Source of the DNA: Octopus vulgaris
Lineage: Eukaryota
Reading direction: 5' to 3'
Length of the DNA: 64,000 bases
Assembly (NCBI GenBank): GCA_951406725.2
Contig: OX597825.1
Coordinates: 70,432,001 to 70,496,000 of the forward strand
Part shown: positions 26,132-38,970 of the stretch, piece after piece
Layout: every line of letters begins with the position of its first letter
Position numbering within the stretch: the first letter of the stretch is position 1
Program-made: the position numbers and the translations under genes
Notes under the pieces: generated by a model
The model's input: the letters and a program-made list of their open reading frames with translations, nothing else
Database searches by the model: none
What the model was told of the DNA's origin: nothing

Positions 26132-26815
26132 TCTATTTATCGACCCCGAAAGGACGAAAGGTAAAGTCGACCTCGGCGGAATTTGAACTCCGAACGTAGC
26201 GGCAGACGAAATACTTATTTCTTTACTACCCACAAGGGGCTAAACACAGAGGGGACAAACAAGGACACACAAACGGACTAAGTCGATTATATCGACCCCA
26301 GTGCGTAACTGATACCTATTTAATCGACCCCGAAAGGATGAAAGGCAAAGTCGACCTCGGCGGAATTTGAACTCAGAACGTAGCGGCAGACGAAATACCT
26401 ATTTCTTTACTACCCACAAAGGGCTAAACACAGAGGAGGACAAACAAGGACAAACACACGGATTAAGTCGATTATATCGACCCCAGTGCGTAACTGATAC
26501 TTATTTAATCGACCCCGAAAGGATGAAAGGCAAAGTCGACCTCGGCGGAATTTGAACTCAGAACGTAGCGGCAGACGAAATACCTATTTCTTTACAACCC
26601 ACAAAGGGCTAAACACAGAGAGGACAAACAAGGACAAACACACGGATTAAGTCGATTATATCGACCCCAGTGCGTAACTGGTACTTATTTAATCGACCCC
26701 GAAAGGATGAAAGGTAAAGTCGACCTCGGCGGAATTTGAACTCCGAACGTAACGGCAGACGAAATACCGCTAAGCATTTATCCGGCGTGCTAACGATTCT
26801 GCCAACTCGCTGCCG
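26132..26815 (-). mobile_element. Tandem concatemer of SINE family B (~184-bp period, ~3.5 units)
   Basis: The unit tatttctttac(t/a)acccacaa...cagacgaaatac recurs at about 26216, 26400 and 26585. Only the last unit (5'-most on -) has the full head. Confidence 0.88.
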
Positions 26816-27329
26816 TCTTATCGGAGATTAGTAACGCTACTGCATACTTCTCTCTCTCTCTTAAGAAATGAAAAAAAAAGTAATGAAAAGAAAAATTTAG
26901 CAGCAACAGCAACAACAAGAACACCAACAAATATTCAATCAACTGAGATTCGCGACTGACACATTTTTGTCTTGTCCAAATCAGCCAATGATATTCTGTT
27001 AATACCACGCAAGTTATTTCTGGCGTTTAGAGAGAGACTCATATATATAATGACCTGTAATGTCAAAGGTTAAGATGGGTCAAGTAACTGGGATAATTAT
27101 ATAGTTATTTAGTGAAACAGTTCACAAAAAATCTATCGACCATTGTACTTAGACGATGCCTGTGTCACAAAGCGAACTGTTAAACCAGTGCAGAAAAAGG
27201 GTGCTTATTTTGTTGATGGTTAAGATCCAGCTCTTATTTAAGTTGACACACAGTAAAGATACTTCAACCGTGCCCTATCTTTTGTTTTCTGATATATTAT
27301 CTCTGCATCAGTTAGTGTATCGAAACCGC

Positions 27330-27950
27330 AGCGAGTTGGCAGAATTGTTAGCACGCCGGGCGAAATGCTTTGCGGCATTTCGTCTGCCGCTACGTTCTGA
27401 GTTCAAATTCCGCCGAGATCGACTTTGCCTTTCATCCTTTCGGAGTCGATAAATTAAGTACCAGATACGCACTGGGGTCGATATAATCGACTTAATCCGT
27501 TTGTCTGTCCTTGTTTGTCCTCTCTGTGTTTAGCCCCTTGTGGGTAATAAAGAAATAGGTAATTCCAATGCCGCTACGTTCTGATTTCAAATTCCGCCGA
27601 GGTCTACTTTGCCTTTCATCCTTTCGGAATCGATAAATTAAGTACCAGTTGCGTACTGGGGTCGATCTAATTGACTGGCCGTCTCCTAAAAAATTTCGGG
27701 CCTTGTGCCTAGAGTAGAAAAGAATATTTTAAATTCCACCGAGGTCGACTTTGTCTTTCATCCTTTCGGGGTCGATAAATTAAGTACCAGTTGCGTCTTT
27801 ACGTTTTGAATTCAAATTCTTCCGATGTCGAATTTTTTTGCCTTCCTTTGGGGGTCAATGTAGTAAGTACCAAATAAACACTAGGTTGATGTAATCGAGT
27901 AGCCTCCCCTTCCACAAAATTTCGGGCCTTATTCTTTTAGTAGAAAGAAT
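27330..27950 (+). mobile_element. SINE family B multimer
   Basis: A full copy followed by three partial copies with a variant tail (cgggccttgtgcctagagtagaaaagaat). Confidence 0.8.
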
Positions 27951-27959
27951 TATCTAATG

Positions 27960-28250
27960 CAGTGATTCTCAGCCGAGATCCATTTAAGATCTCTTGGGAA
28001 CCATACAAGCAAAATAGTAAACTGGAGATCCACAGTAGTATAAGGGCCCCTGAAAAATTTTGTTTTATATGTATTTATTGTAGGTAACAGATGGGTTTCT
28101 GTCTCTGACATTCTACGTAGTTCAGCTTACACAAGTTAATTTGTAATAAACAAAACAGAAATTTGGAAAGAAGATTCTATAAACTAAGTTTTTATTCATC
28201 GAATGGCTATTGGGGTCCATAGATTGAAAAAAAATGGTTGAGAAGCACTA
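27960..28250. mobile_element. hAT/Charlie-like MITE
   Basis: Termini cagtgattctcagcc ... ggttgagaagcacta resemble CAGTGGTTCTCAACC ends; no clear 8-bp TSD. A related fragment lies at about 44480-44590. Confidence 0.5.
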
Positions 28251-28626
28251 GTATATATATTTTCTTCTCACGCCTTTTGAATTTTTTGAACTTTCATACT
28301 CCGTACGTCATTATTTTGCTATTCTCTCCCCCTCTTTTTTCTCCTTTTTCAATCATATCCGATTACAAATCTTTTCTCCCCCAACTTCACTACTGCTTAA
28401 AGAATTACCTTTCCACACGTCCTTTCCGCTGTTTTCAGAGTGGCCTTGATTGACAGCTAACTCCAGAAGTTATTTTATTCGCTCACTGTTTATTTCCTCG
28501 TGTTCCTTTCTGTTGAAGAGCTTAGGCTCAAAATGTAAAAGACTTTCTCACCTTCCCGAGTGTCAAACTAATACACCTGCTTCTTGTTTATAAACCTGTC
28601 TTCGTTCTTTGTTTTTCTGTAAATTT

Positions 28627-28673
<47 letters not shown>

Positions 28674-28679
28674 TCACAA

Positions 28680-28900
28680 ATACCGCCTATCTCCGCCTGT
28701 CTCCAGCAATCTCCACCAATCTCCGCCAATCTCAATCTATCTCACTCTCTCCCAGGTGTTTTAACACGCAGCATTATTGGGAAATCTACCAAAATGCTAT
28801 TCCGCCAATCTCCGCGACACTCCGCCTATCTCCGGCAATCTCCGTTAAACTCCGCAATCTTCGGCAATTTCCGGCAAGTTACGTTAATTTCCGGCAATGT
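28680..28900. repeat. Degenerate 10-bp repeat (aatctccgcc-like)
   Basis: About 15 imperfect tctccg(c/g)c(a/t)a units in two blocks, ending about 150 bp upstream of the GPCR acceptor. Confidence 0.6.
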
Positions 28901-29042
28901 GTGTGACCATTTTCTAAATAAAGCGCTTCTGATTATTTTCCAACTATTTCTAATTACTTTCTAATTTTCTACTCTTTGAGCCATTTTGATCAGTTTCTAA
29001 CCGATTCTAACCATTTATTTTTCTCTTTTTTTCTCCCTACAG

Positions 29043-31090
29043 TTGTTTGGCTTGTATCCTGTTTACTAGCAGCGCCACCTCTCTTCGGATGGAGTGAGTA
29101 TGGATATCTGGGAAGCCAATCATTTTGTTTCTGCAAATGGAAGACATCAACATCGTACACGTTCTTCATGATTGGAATGTGTTTTTGCGTTCCTTGTATT
29201 GTCATGTCGTTCTGTTACGTACGGATCATCACCTCTGTTCGAAACAGCAATCGCCGATTAATGAGCCTAGATCAAAGACTTAGTGCCTCGTATGTCGATA
29301 TGGAAAGCGAAAACCAAAAAGTGGAATCGCCTACACCCATTTTGCGTGATACAGCCTCTGAACCGGAAAGACTTAGAAACGGCACTCTTGTACATGTCGA
29401 CCCCCTTTGTGTGAAAAAGTTAACTGATTATGCTACGACTCTGAGACAAAACTTAGCTCTTCAGCAAAAGCAAAACAACGCAAACAGCGATTGTGGGTCC
29501 CCTGAATTCAGCGAAAGTGATAAATGCCCCAGATGCCAAGATCCTAGCCTCCACCCAGTGAAGGAAGATTACACTGTCTACAGTGATTCCGATGACAATG
29601 TAAATATTACCACGCAGTTTACCAATGGTATTCCCCTCACCAAGCGAAATATGTCTTGCGAAACAATTTTGAACGTTAGTTCCCCCGAAACTCAGTCGCC
29701 AAACAGCCAATCACCGACCGTTCAGTCACCAACACCCAAGTCACGCACCCTTCCAGCATCAATCAACCACATAGCTGAAACTCAATTCCCAGCATCTCAC
29801 TCATCATTTAATCATTCATCATCAGATATACATTCACCAGTTATTCGGTCGTCCGCATCAAGCTCCCCGGTCGCTCGATCGCCTGAAACCAGCCGGCATC
29901 ATACAGCAAGTGACGGTATCTGTGAGAATGGAAGCGTGGTCAACGTGAAGAGCGACGATGAAGTGAACGAGGAAAAACCTCGTCTCACAGAATCAGATAC
30001 GGCAAGCCAGGATAGTGTAACGATTCAGTCGGATGGCGACGTCGAAGAGCCTGTTACGTTTTCGTTCGCTGACAACGATGAAGTAAACTGTGAGAACGAG
30101 GACGGTGATAGTGAAGAATGTAATGAAAACCCAGGTGATAGCAGTCCAGATTCCTCAAGTGAGTTGATTAACGACCGGAGTAGTGTAACTGGTTGTACAG
30201 AGAAAACAACTAACCCGAAGAAAATGGATGAGACGAAACGCAATTGTGACGGTGGAGAGCAGTCGGAAACTGATAAACGTGAGAACTGCAAGGAGACGAT
30301 TGATGACGGTTCAATGAACAGAAATGACATGTCGTTCAGCCCACATGATGGACCTGGTAGTTTAGATAAGAAATGTACGTGCTGGTCAAAAGTGAATGAC
30401 AGTGAAACGAGTAAATCTTGTTCGGTCTTGAACAATTCATTCGATAACAAATTAGATTCGCCACCAGCCGACACAAAAAGACATGAAACGGTTACTGAGA
30501 GGCCAACAACAACAACCAAAAAGAGACAATTAAACGGAAGTAGATACAATCTGAGGAAAATATTTTCTCTGCCTTCCATGAAGGTTCCATTAGAAAATAA
30601 TTCTCCTCGAAAACCGCCGTCTTTGGTCCCCATGAAACACATTAGAAACTCGGCAGAAGGTCGCAAGATGCGGGTGAAAATGTCGAACGTTACGAAATCT
30701 CGAAAATTTGTCAAAAGCCAGAATAACATTAAAAAGGCACTTTCATTGCCTCGTATGAGAATGTCCGCGGAATCTTCGCGAAAGTCTTCTTCCAGTGTGA
30801 TTCCACTTCGTCATTTGCGACGGAGACGCGAAGAGATCCGTATAACGTTTTCATTGTTAGTGGTCATTATTGTATTTTTCGTATCTTGGTTACCATTTTG
30901 CATTACGATGCTGTGTAGTTTATACTTGAAATACGAAGTACCCAGAGAAGCCGATATAGCATCGCTGTTTTGTGGCTACGCCAACAGTTGCTTTAATCCA
31001 TTGATATACGGCTTAATGAATAAGAGATTTAGTGACGCTTACAAAGACTTGTTCAAATTTTTGTTTTATCGTAAATGTACTAAAAAATAA
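29043..31090 (+). CDS. Terminal coding exon of a class A (rhodopsin-like) GPCR, TM4-TM7 plus short C-tail; amine-receptor-like or orphan, with a very long ICL3
   Basis: Polypyrimidine tract and acceptor (ttctcttttttttctccctacAG, AG at 29041-42), entering in phase 1. Translation: TM4 VWLVSCLLAAPPLFGW, ECL2 Cys (FCFCKW), TM5 YTFFMIGMCFCVPCIVMSFCYVRII, TM6 ITFSLLVVIIVFFVSWLPFCI (CWxP-like), TM7 FCGYANSCFNPLIY (NPxxY), helix 8 MNKRFSDAYKDLF; stop TAA at 31088-90. The ORF-track start at 28976 is intronic. Confidence 0.93.
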
Positions 31091-32121
31091 AAAAACACAA
31101 ACAATAAAGGACAATGAGAATTAAGCAAACAAACAAACTAACAAAAAAAATACGAAGAAATGGTAACCCAAAGAATATGAAAGAAATCAAGTTTTCTTCC
31201 CGGATTTCTTACATAAAATAGTTTCCATTTTTGTTGTCTCTCATAAATGACTTTCATTCAATAAAAGGCGAAGACCCAACTGACAGCAGACAGACAGCCT
31301 GTGTAGCTGGCAGTACTCACCATTTTAAGGCATGTCTTATAATGTTCTATAAAGAGATGTCTTCTGCAAACATCAGTTTCTCGACGACGTATTATTATTA
31401 TTTAAAATAATAATTATTAGTACTAAAAGCATTTTTTTGGTGATATCCAAAATTTAGTACTACACCGATCAAAATAAAATCCACTTAAAGTTTGGCTTGA
31501 CACTTTTGTTTTTGGCATCTAAAGTATCAGAACCAGAAATGGTGAAAAGCCATTATTTCAGTCAAATCTAGTCTCTCTTCTAATTAAAAAAAAAAAAATC
31601 AAATCGAACAAAAAAAAAAAAAAACAAGAAAAAAAAACAGCTTTAAGCCAAAAGAAACAATTCTTATAAGGACGAGTAATAGGTTGATATATGAAATGAA
31701 ATATGTGAAACTACAGTCGGACATTATTTTTTTTAATCTTTTATTTTCTTCTCTGAAAATAATGGAACAAGAGAGTGTTGGTAATATGAAGAGAAATAAA
31801 CTATTTCTACTTGTGATGTTGTACAGAATTTCATAGTAAGCCCTCAACTAACGTCATAGAGATTGTATTATTGAAACCCCTAATTTCTGCCATCATCCGA
31901 GTGATTGAGATGAAATGTGTTCAATACCGACCAAAATAAACTTGGGACTTCGTTGTCCAGGTTGATAAATGTAATTAGACAGTGGATGAAACAAAACGTT
32001 TGATGATATTTAAATGTTGCTAAAGGGGCGATCGCTGGATTGGCAAGATTACTGAAGGCAGCGAAGCGAACAAAAGGACATGCAGTGCTTAATACGTGTT
32101 CTTCATATCTTGATGTCTTCG

Positions 32122-32352
32122 GGCGGCGAGCTGGCAGAAACGTTAGCGCGCCGGGCGAAATGCTTAGCGGTATTTCGTCTGTCGTTACGTTATGAGTTCA
32201 AATTCCGCCGAGGTCGACTTTGCCTATCATCCTTTCGGGGGTCGGTTAAATAAGTACCAGTTACGCACTGGGGTCGATGTAATCGACTTAATCCATTTGT
32301 CTGTTCTTGCTTGTCCCCTCTATGTTTAGCCCCTTGTGGGTAGTAAAGAAAT
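32122..32352 (+). mobile_element. tRNA-derived SINE family B (full length)
   Basis: Head GGCGGCGAGCTGGCAGAAACGTTAGC...GAGTTCAAATTCCGCC, central GCCT(T/A)TCATCCTTTCGGGGTCG..AAGTACCAG, tail AGCCCCTTGTGGGTAGTAAAGAAATA. More than 20 copies or fragments in the window. Confidence 0.9.
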
Positions 32353-33654
32353 ATATATTCCAATGTTTGAATCGTGTCAACGTAAACTTTGCCTCTGACT
32401 CTTCTGGTAGGTGGGTCTCAATAAAATAAAGTACCAGTCTTTTACGGCGTGTGGGGTTAATATGATCGACTACTCTCCTCCAATTTCCATATGTGACTTA
32501 ATGCTTTGGCCTGGAAACAATGCTTGTATATGGATACCGAATCAGTATTTTAAATTTGAAAAGAAGCTGATTTCTGAATCACACTCGTTGTTTTTAATAA
32601 TGACAAAGAAAACAACCGAACTGCATTTATTTGTATTCAGCGTTGTACTCACAATGCGATAACACATAAAACTATTTACTGTTGGAAGATCGGAATGTAC
32701 GAAAGTCTACACCATGGCCTCGTTTCAATGTTAGTCAAGCGCTGCTTTTCATTTCAGCCAAACGAAACCAAGCGGAGCATTCGGTGGCCATTTTGATTAT
32801 TACATCATATCAACTTACATGCTTATTTCATACAAAACGGTTTTAATCAAATTTAACAAAGGGTGAAAACCGTATCTCGGTGACGATATCTGACGAATCA
32901 GATCTTAATAGATCTCGTTTTCTTCCAAAATATTTTCTCTTTCCTTTCCTTTTTTTTTATTTGTGTGTGTATGTAATTCCTTTCCGTCTATAGTCCATTT
33001 TTTTAATGTTCTTTTTATATTGCTCTTCATTTGATCACGTGTTTTGCTTTTAATACAATTCAACCATATTTCGAACTGAACTTGTATATCGTCTAAATTT
33101 TTCTCATACTGAATAATTTCCTAACACAAATTGTACATTCTCGGCTTTTATCCTTCCATTGCTTCAGTATCCCTTTATTATTTTCTTTTCTATCATAATC
33201 TAATCATTACCAAAGACGAGAAATGTTGACGTTGATTAACAAAAAAAAAAAAAAAAAAAAATCAACTAGTTTTTGTTAAGATAACAAAAACAAGAAGACA
33301 GTAAAGTATATGTGATTCACTCGGACTATATTTTAGTTCAAATTTTGAAAGGAAAAATGCGGTCTCAGCATACGCACAAAGGAAGTTCGTTCCATTTTAT
33401 AGTTAAGCATTGTATCTGAAGTAAAAAAAAGATAACATACAAAAATGTACATAGTACAGAAACTACGAGGTCGATCGATGATAGTTCCTTCCAGTAACAA
33501 TAAATGGCTGTGTGGATACGTTGACAGTAATGAACAAGAGAAAATGTACAGGATGCATGCTATAGAATACAATTATTTTGTTAGCTGAAGTCAAAAAGAC
33601 GTTACCTGCGAGATTTTCGCTTCTAGAAAACAAATAACGGTTTAACTGCTGGTG

Positions 33655-33899
33655 GCAATATATATACATATATACGCACATATATATATATATACATATA
33701 TACATATACATATATATATACTTATATACGCACATATATGTATATACATGTATATATATATATATATATACATATATACGCACATATATATATAAATATA
33801 TACATATATACGCACATATATATATACACATATATATACATATATATATTTACATATATACGTATACATATATACATATATATATATACATATATACGT

Positions 33900-33946
<47 letters not shown>

Positions 33947-34077
33947 TACGTATACATATATATATACATATATATATACGTATACATATATACGTATACA
34001 TATATACGTATACATATATATACGTATACATATATACGTATACATATATATACGTATACATATATACATATATACGT

Positions 34078-34115
<38 letters not shown>
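33655..34115. repeat. Compound TA/CA/CG microsatellite
   Basis: tatatacgtataca-type higher-order units; explains the IY-rich ORFs. Confidence 0.9.
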
Positions 34116-34118
<3 letters not shown>

Positions 34119-34258
34119 GCCTATATGTGCATAAAGCTACAAGCGTCATAGACTGAATAACAGTCTTAATATGTGTGTAGAGTTAAATATTTATTATGAT
34201 TTTAATCGAGTGTAACTTGGAAATTTCATCAAGTCTCTGTCTCATACATACTGACTTA

Positions 34259-34317
<59 letters not shown>

Positions 34318-34603
34318 ATATATATATACATACAGTAACCACCCGCCATATCGTGGTTCACCTATCGCAAGGATATTTTGGAACGTGACACCCGCGATAG
34401 TCGAGGAACTACTACTGTGTGTATGTGTATATATATATGAGTGTGTGTGTTTAGTTATATATATATATATGTATTTATATATATAAATGTATGTATATAA
34501 ATATATATGTATATGTATATATATATGTATTTATATATATGTATATATATATGTATTTATATATATGTATATATATATTGATATATATTCTCTTTCTCTC
34601 TTT

Positions 34604-34990
34604 CTCTTTTACTTGTTTCAGTCATTTGACTGCGGCCATGCTGGAGCACCGCCTTTAGTCGAGCAAATCGACCCCGGGACTTATTCTTTGTAAGCCCAGT
34701 ACTTATTCTATCGGTCTCTTTTGCCGAACCGCTAAGTGACGGGAACGTAAACACACCAGCATCGGTTGTCAAGCAATGCTAGGGGGACAAACACAGACAC
34801 ACACACATACATATATATACATATATACGACAGGCTTCTTTCAGTTTCCGTCTACCAAATCCACTCACAAGGCATTGGTCGGCCCGGGGCTATAGCAGAA
34901 GACACTTGCCCAAGATGCCACGCAGTGGGACTGAACCCGGAACCATGTGGTTGGTTAGCAAGCTACTTACCACACAGCCACTCCTGCGCC
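34604..34990 (-). mobile_element. SINE family A copy
   Basis: Reverse complement of the consensus; inserted in TA-rich microsatellite. Confidence 0.9.
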
Positions 34991-35059
34991 TATATATATG
35001 TATTTATATATATATGTATTTATATATATATGTATATATATATATAAATATATATATAA

Positions 35060-35110
<51 letters not shown>

Positions 35111-35140
35111 TTGAGTTGTGGGGTATCGCACGAGTGGGAT

Positions 35141-35542
35141 TATATAAGAAAAAAGGTTTGAAAATGCAATTTAAACGATGTTTATTTACTTAACCGGTTT
35201 CACTCTTTGGTAAAAGATTGTCAAAAGTTACATTTAAGGAAACATTGAATAATATGGGTTCAAAAAAAGTTTTTTACATAATTGTCACATTGAATATTAT
35301 GCATTCAAAAAAGTTTTTTACATAATTGTCACATTGGATCCATAATATCCAATGTGACAATTATGTAAAAAACTTTTTGAATGCATAATATTCAATGTGA
35401 CAATTATGTAAAAAACTTTTTTGAACCCATATTATTCAATGTTTCCTTAAATGTAACTTTTGACAATCTTTTACCAAAGAGTGAAACCGGTTAAGTAAAT
35501 AAACATCGTTTAAATTGCATTTTCAAACCTTTTTTCTTATAT
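35141..35542. repeat. Long near-perfect palindrome (~200-bp arms, 7-nt spacer)
   Basis: 35141-35339 is the reverse complement of 35347-35542. Each arm contains a ~40-bp internal tandem duplication; flanked by (TA)n. Confidence 0.92.
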
Positions 35543-36194
35543 ATATATATATATATATATATATACTTGCACATATTTACATAATTTGTAAAATCTGTTT
35601 TGCTTCGTGTTTACACAGTGAATCCATTTAAACAAGTTCATCCAGACAAATTTTCTGACATTGAAAGATAATGTTTTCAGCTAAAGAATAATTTTTTTTG
35701 TTAATAAACCTTTTGAAAAGAAAATATTATGAAGTAAAATTCTTTAAAATGACGATGAAAAATGCTTTTTGTTTTTCTTTGTGTGTGCATGTATACTATA
35801 AGGCATGTATGAGTGTGCGTAGAAAATGTGCTTTTTGTGACAAACGAGTTCTTTGACTCTTATTTCTAGCAACGCTGGTGCTCCCAGAACACTTCGTCAC
35901 TGTTTAGTGACGGTGAATTATTTCTGTTTTGGTTTTGAATTGCGTCTAGTCACCTCAATTTATATATGTGTGTGTGTGTCTGTATGTATTGCTGATAAAG
36001 CGCATAGGCCCGTATAGAGTTGATAACGATGGTGTAAGGTTTATAAAGAAGAGAGAGGACATACAAATGATTCCTCCGTCGCCAAAAGAGCTCAGCTTAG
36101 CTCAGATGCAGGCGACTACAAGGGTCTCTGCGAAACCCTAAAAGCTGTGTATGGTGCCTCACAGACAAGGCCTCCACCTTGAACCGTTGTGCCT

Positions 36195-36580
36195 ATTTAT
36201 TTTCTACTCCAAGCACAAGGCTCGAAATATTTGGGGAGGGGGCCAGTCGATTATATCGACCCCAGTACGCAATTGGTGCTTAATTTATCGATCCCGAAAG
36301 GATGAAAGGAAAAGTCGACCTCGGCGGAATTTAAGCTCAGAACGTAACGGCAGACGAAATACCTATTTCTTTACTACCCACAAGGGGCTAAACACAGAGA
36401 GGACAAACGGATTAAGTCAATTATATCGACCCCAGTGCGTAACTGGTACTTATTTAATCGACCCCGAAAGGATGAAAGACAAAGTCGACCTCGGCGGAAT
36501 TTGAACTCAGAACGTAGCAGCAGACGAAATACGGCTACGCATTTCGCCCGGCGTGCTAACGTTTCTGCCAGCTCGCCGCC
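36195..36580 (-). mobile_element. SINE family B dimer
   Basis: Same dimer layout as 23925-24322; gtgcctattt on both flanks. Confidence 0.82.
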
Positions 36581-36719
36581 TTACCAGTGTGCCTATTTCA
36601 TCACCAGTATCAACACTACCACCACCGCTTCCTCCACCGCCGCTGCTGCCTTGACAATCTACACCACGACCAGCAATAGGTTGCTAAGACATACTAAAAA
36701 TAACAGTTTAATCTTCTGA

Positions 36720-38435
36720 GGTGCTTTGGAACACCCGAAAACAGCAATCTTGCAAACCACTGAAGTATTGGGCTTCTCCACAAAAATGAACACGGTCTGG
36801 TTCGATGAAAATAATCAAACGTTCAAAAGCTACAAGTAAAGAAGAGATCTTGCAAACCCATTTTCTCGTTGGGAAGAAAGTAGCCATCTGCCATAGCTAC
36901 GGCAATCTCTGGCGCAAACTTCGAGAGTTTCAAAATGTGTGGTGGATAAACCTCACCAAAGGAACTCAGTTTAGGGCAGACACTAGCGACTACAGGGGCT
37001 TCTACGAAGCCCTAAAAGCTGGGTAAAGTCCCTCGCACCAAGTCCAGAATCAATGATATAGTGCAGACGCAGTGATGCTTTTCACAGACAAGGCGGTGGT
37101 CAGAGCACCGCCAGGGTTTCGAAGTCACAGTTGTACGAAATTTCCTCCCTAGCAGAGACAACCAACGCCATAGAGTAACAGTTGAAAGGCGGCAGGGGGA
37201 AACAGAATCCCACTTGAGACACTGAAGAACTGCACTCTAAACTCCATGAGCTCTTCGTCTACTCTTGGGAGCTTAGCAAGTTAACACAGGATTTCTGCAA
37301 TGCTGACATTACCATCTTATTTAAGAACAAAGGAAAGAAAGCTGACTGATCCAACTACGAGGGAATTACTTTGCTCTCCACTGCGGCCAGACTCCTTGCC
37401 AGGATAGTCCTTAACAGATTAATGCTCACCATTGCAAATGAAAATCTCCCATAATCCCTGTACAGCTTCAGAGCAAACAGGAACACCACTGTCTGACGTG
37501 GTCTTTCTTCTTAGACAGCTGCATGAGAAGTACACAGAGTAAACGAAAGGATTTTACATCACCTTTGTTAACTTCACCAAAGTACTCGGCATCGTAAGCA
37601 GAAAAGGTCTACTGCAAATACGGGGACGCTTTGAATGTCTCCGCCAAATTCCTCAATATGATTATCAACTGCTTTAAAAGCCAGTGAGACCGGGTCAAGC
37701 ACAGCAAAGACTTTTCCAGCTCTTCGTTATTGGTAATGGTGTGAAGCAAGGCTATATCCTCGGACCGACCCATTTCACCATCATCTTCAGAAGATCCTCC
37801 AGTGCCTGATGATAAAGATATCTACATTTGATGTCGTACTGATGACAGCCTCTTCAGCTCGAGGCACGTGCAAGCTCACACAAAAACACCGAAACAACTC
37901 ATCCATGAATTAGTTTTGCAGATGCTGCTGCCCTTCGTTGCCCATTCAGAGACAACACTGCAGCGCATCGCCCCTTGCTATGCAGAAGCTGCTTGGCACT
38001 ACGGCTTAGAAGTCAGTTTAAAGAAAAACAGAAGTTCTCCATCAACTAGCGCCACAGCAAAAAACCCACACTTCTCATCACACCATCGAGGTGACCGGAC
38101 TAAGGATAGTCAACTATACATCTCTTACCTAGAATACACTATTTCATCAGATGCTAAAATCGACAAGGAAGTTGATAACAGACTGGCCAAGGCAAAACAG
38201 TGCACTCGGCTGACAGTACAAGAGTCGGGAACAATAATCATCTGAAGAAAGAGACCAAGATCAGCGGTTGTTCTCAACACCCTCTTGTACAGCTCAGATT
38301 CGTGGGCCATCTCAACTTCTTGAACGATTCCACCACCGATGTCTTTGCACCATCCTCAGCATCCACTGGAGTAATTTTGTCTCTAACGTCCGGTCCTAGA
38401 TCAGGCGAAGGTCAGCAGTATCGAAGCAACTCTTA
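36720..38435 (+). mobile_element. Decayed RTE-clade LINE ORF (reverse transcriptase)
   Basis: Broken-frame motifs WFDENNQ, NYxGITLLSTAARLLARIVLNRL, GVKQGYILGPTHFTIIF, FAD-like and YLEYTISSDAKIDKEVDNRLAKAK. A related short piece lies at about 36070-36190. Confidence 0.85.
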
Positions 38436-38936
38436 AATTCAGCAAAAGACATTTATTTTAAGAAGGAAACAATTAAGTAATGGAAACACAAAATGGAAAG
38501 AAAAGAAAAAGTGATGTGGGTTGATGGCAACTCAACGAGTCACGGGTTCAAGTTTTCGTCGTCTCACCTGTATCTTTTTTTTTTTTGTACTTTTTTTCAC
38601 CTCTGAAGTTGCCACCATTTTCCAAAATATTATTGACATTCCAAGTGATGGTGGACATTTTAAGTGGTGGATTGAAGCAAATTCACAATCAGACAGTAGA
38701 AAATGATTCTGCAAAAAAAATGTTATCTCCATATTTCAACGTAAATTGAATGCGCAGAAAAACCCACAGATTTCTTCGTATGTTCGTTTGTTACTAATGG
38801 GAATTGTTATGAGTTTATATATTGCACGCTTTGTTTTTAATTACGAGATATCAGTTTTCTAACAGCCTTTTCCTTTTCTATTAAAATATCATTAGTCTGA
38901 TCACCTCATTTCTGGGATGATGTGTGTGTGTGTGTA

Positions 38937-38970
38937 CTAGCAGACATACCCGGAGTTGCGCGGGATATAA
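38937..38970 (-). mobile_element. Helitron-like 3' terminus
   Basis: ctagcagacatacccggagttgcgcggg is the reverse complement of hairpin + CTAG. A similar end occurs at about 46932-46958. Confidence 0.45.

Noticed and set aside
26132-26815. CRISPR-like array
   Set aside because: Units are whole ~184-bp SINE bodies with no unique spacers, in eukaryotic DNA.
28976-29042. ORF-track N-terminus MSHFDQFL...
   Set aside because: A TTG start inside a polypyrimidine tract ending in a canonical acceptor; TM1-3 are missing, so this is intron.
30025-30729. 234-aa antisense ORF
   Set aside because: Shadow frame of the GPCR exon with no recognisable motif.
28976-31090. Opsin call for the GPCR (PPLFGW and C-x-x-W resemble opsins)
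   Set aside because: The residue six positions before the NPxxY Asn, the retinal-binding Lys in opsins, is Tyr.
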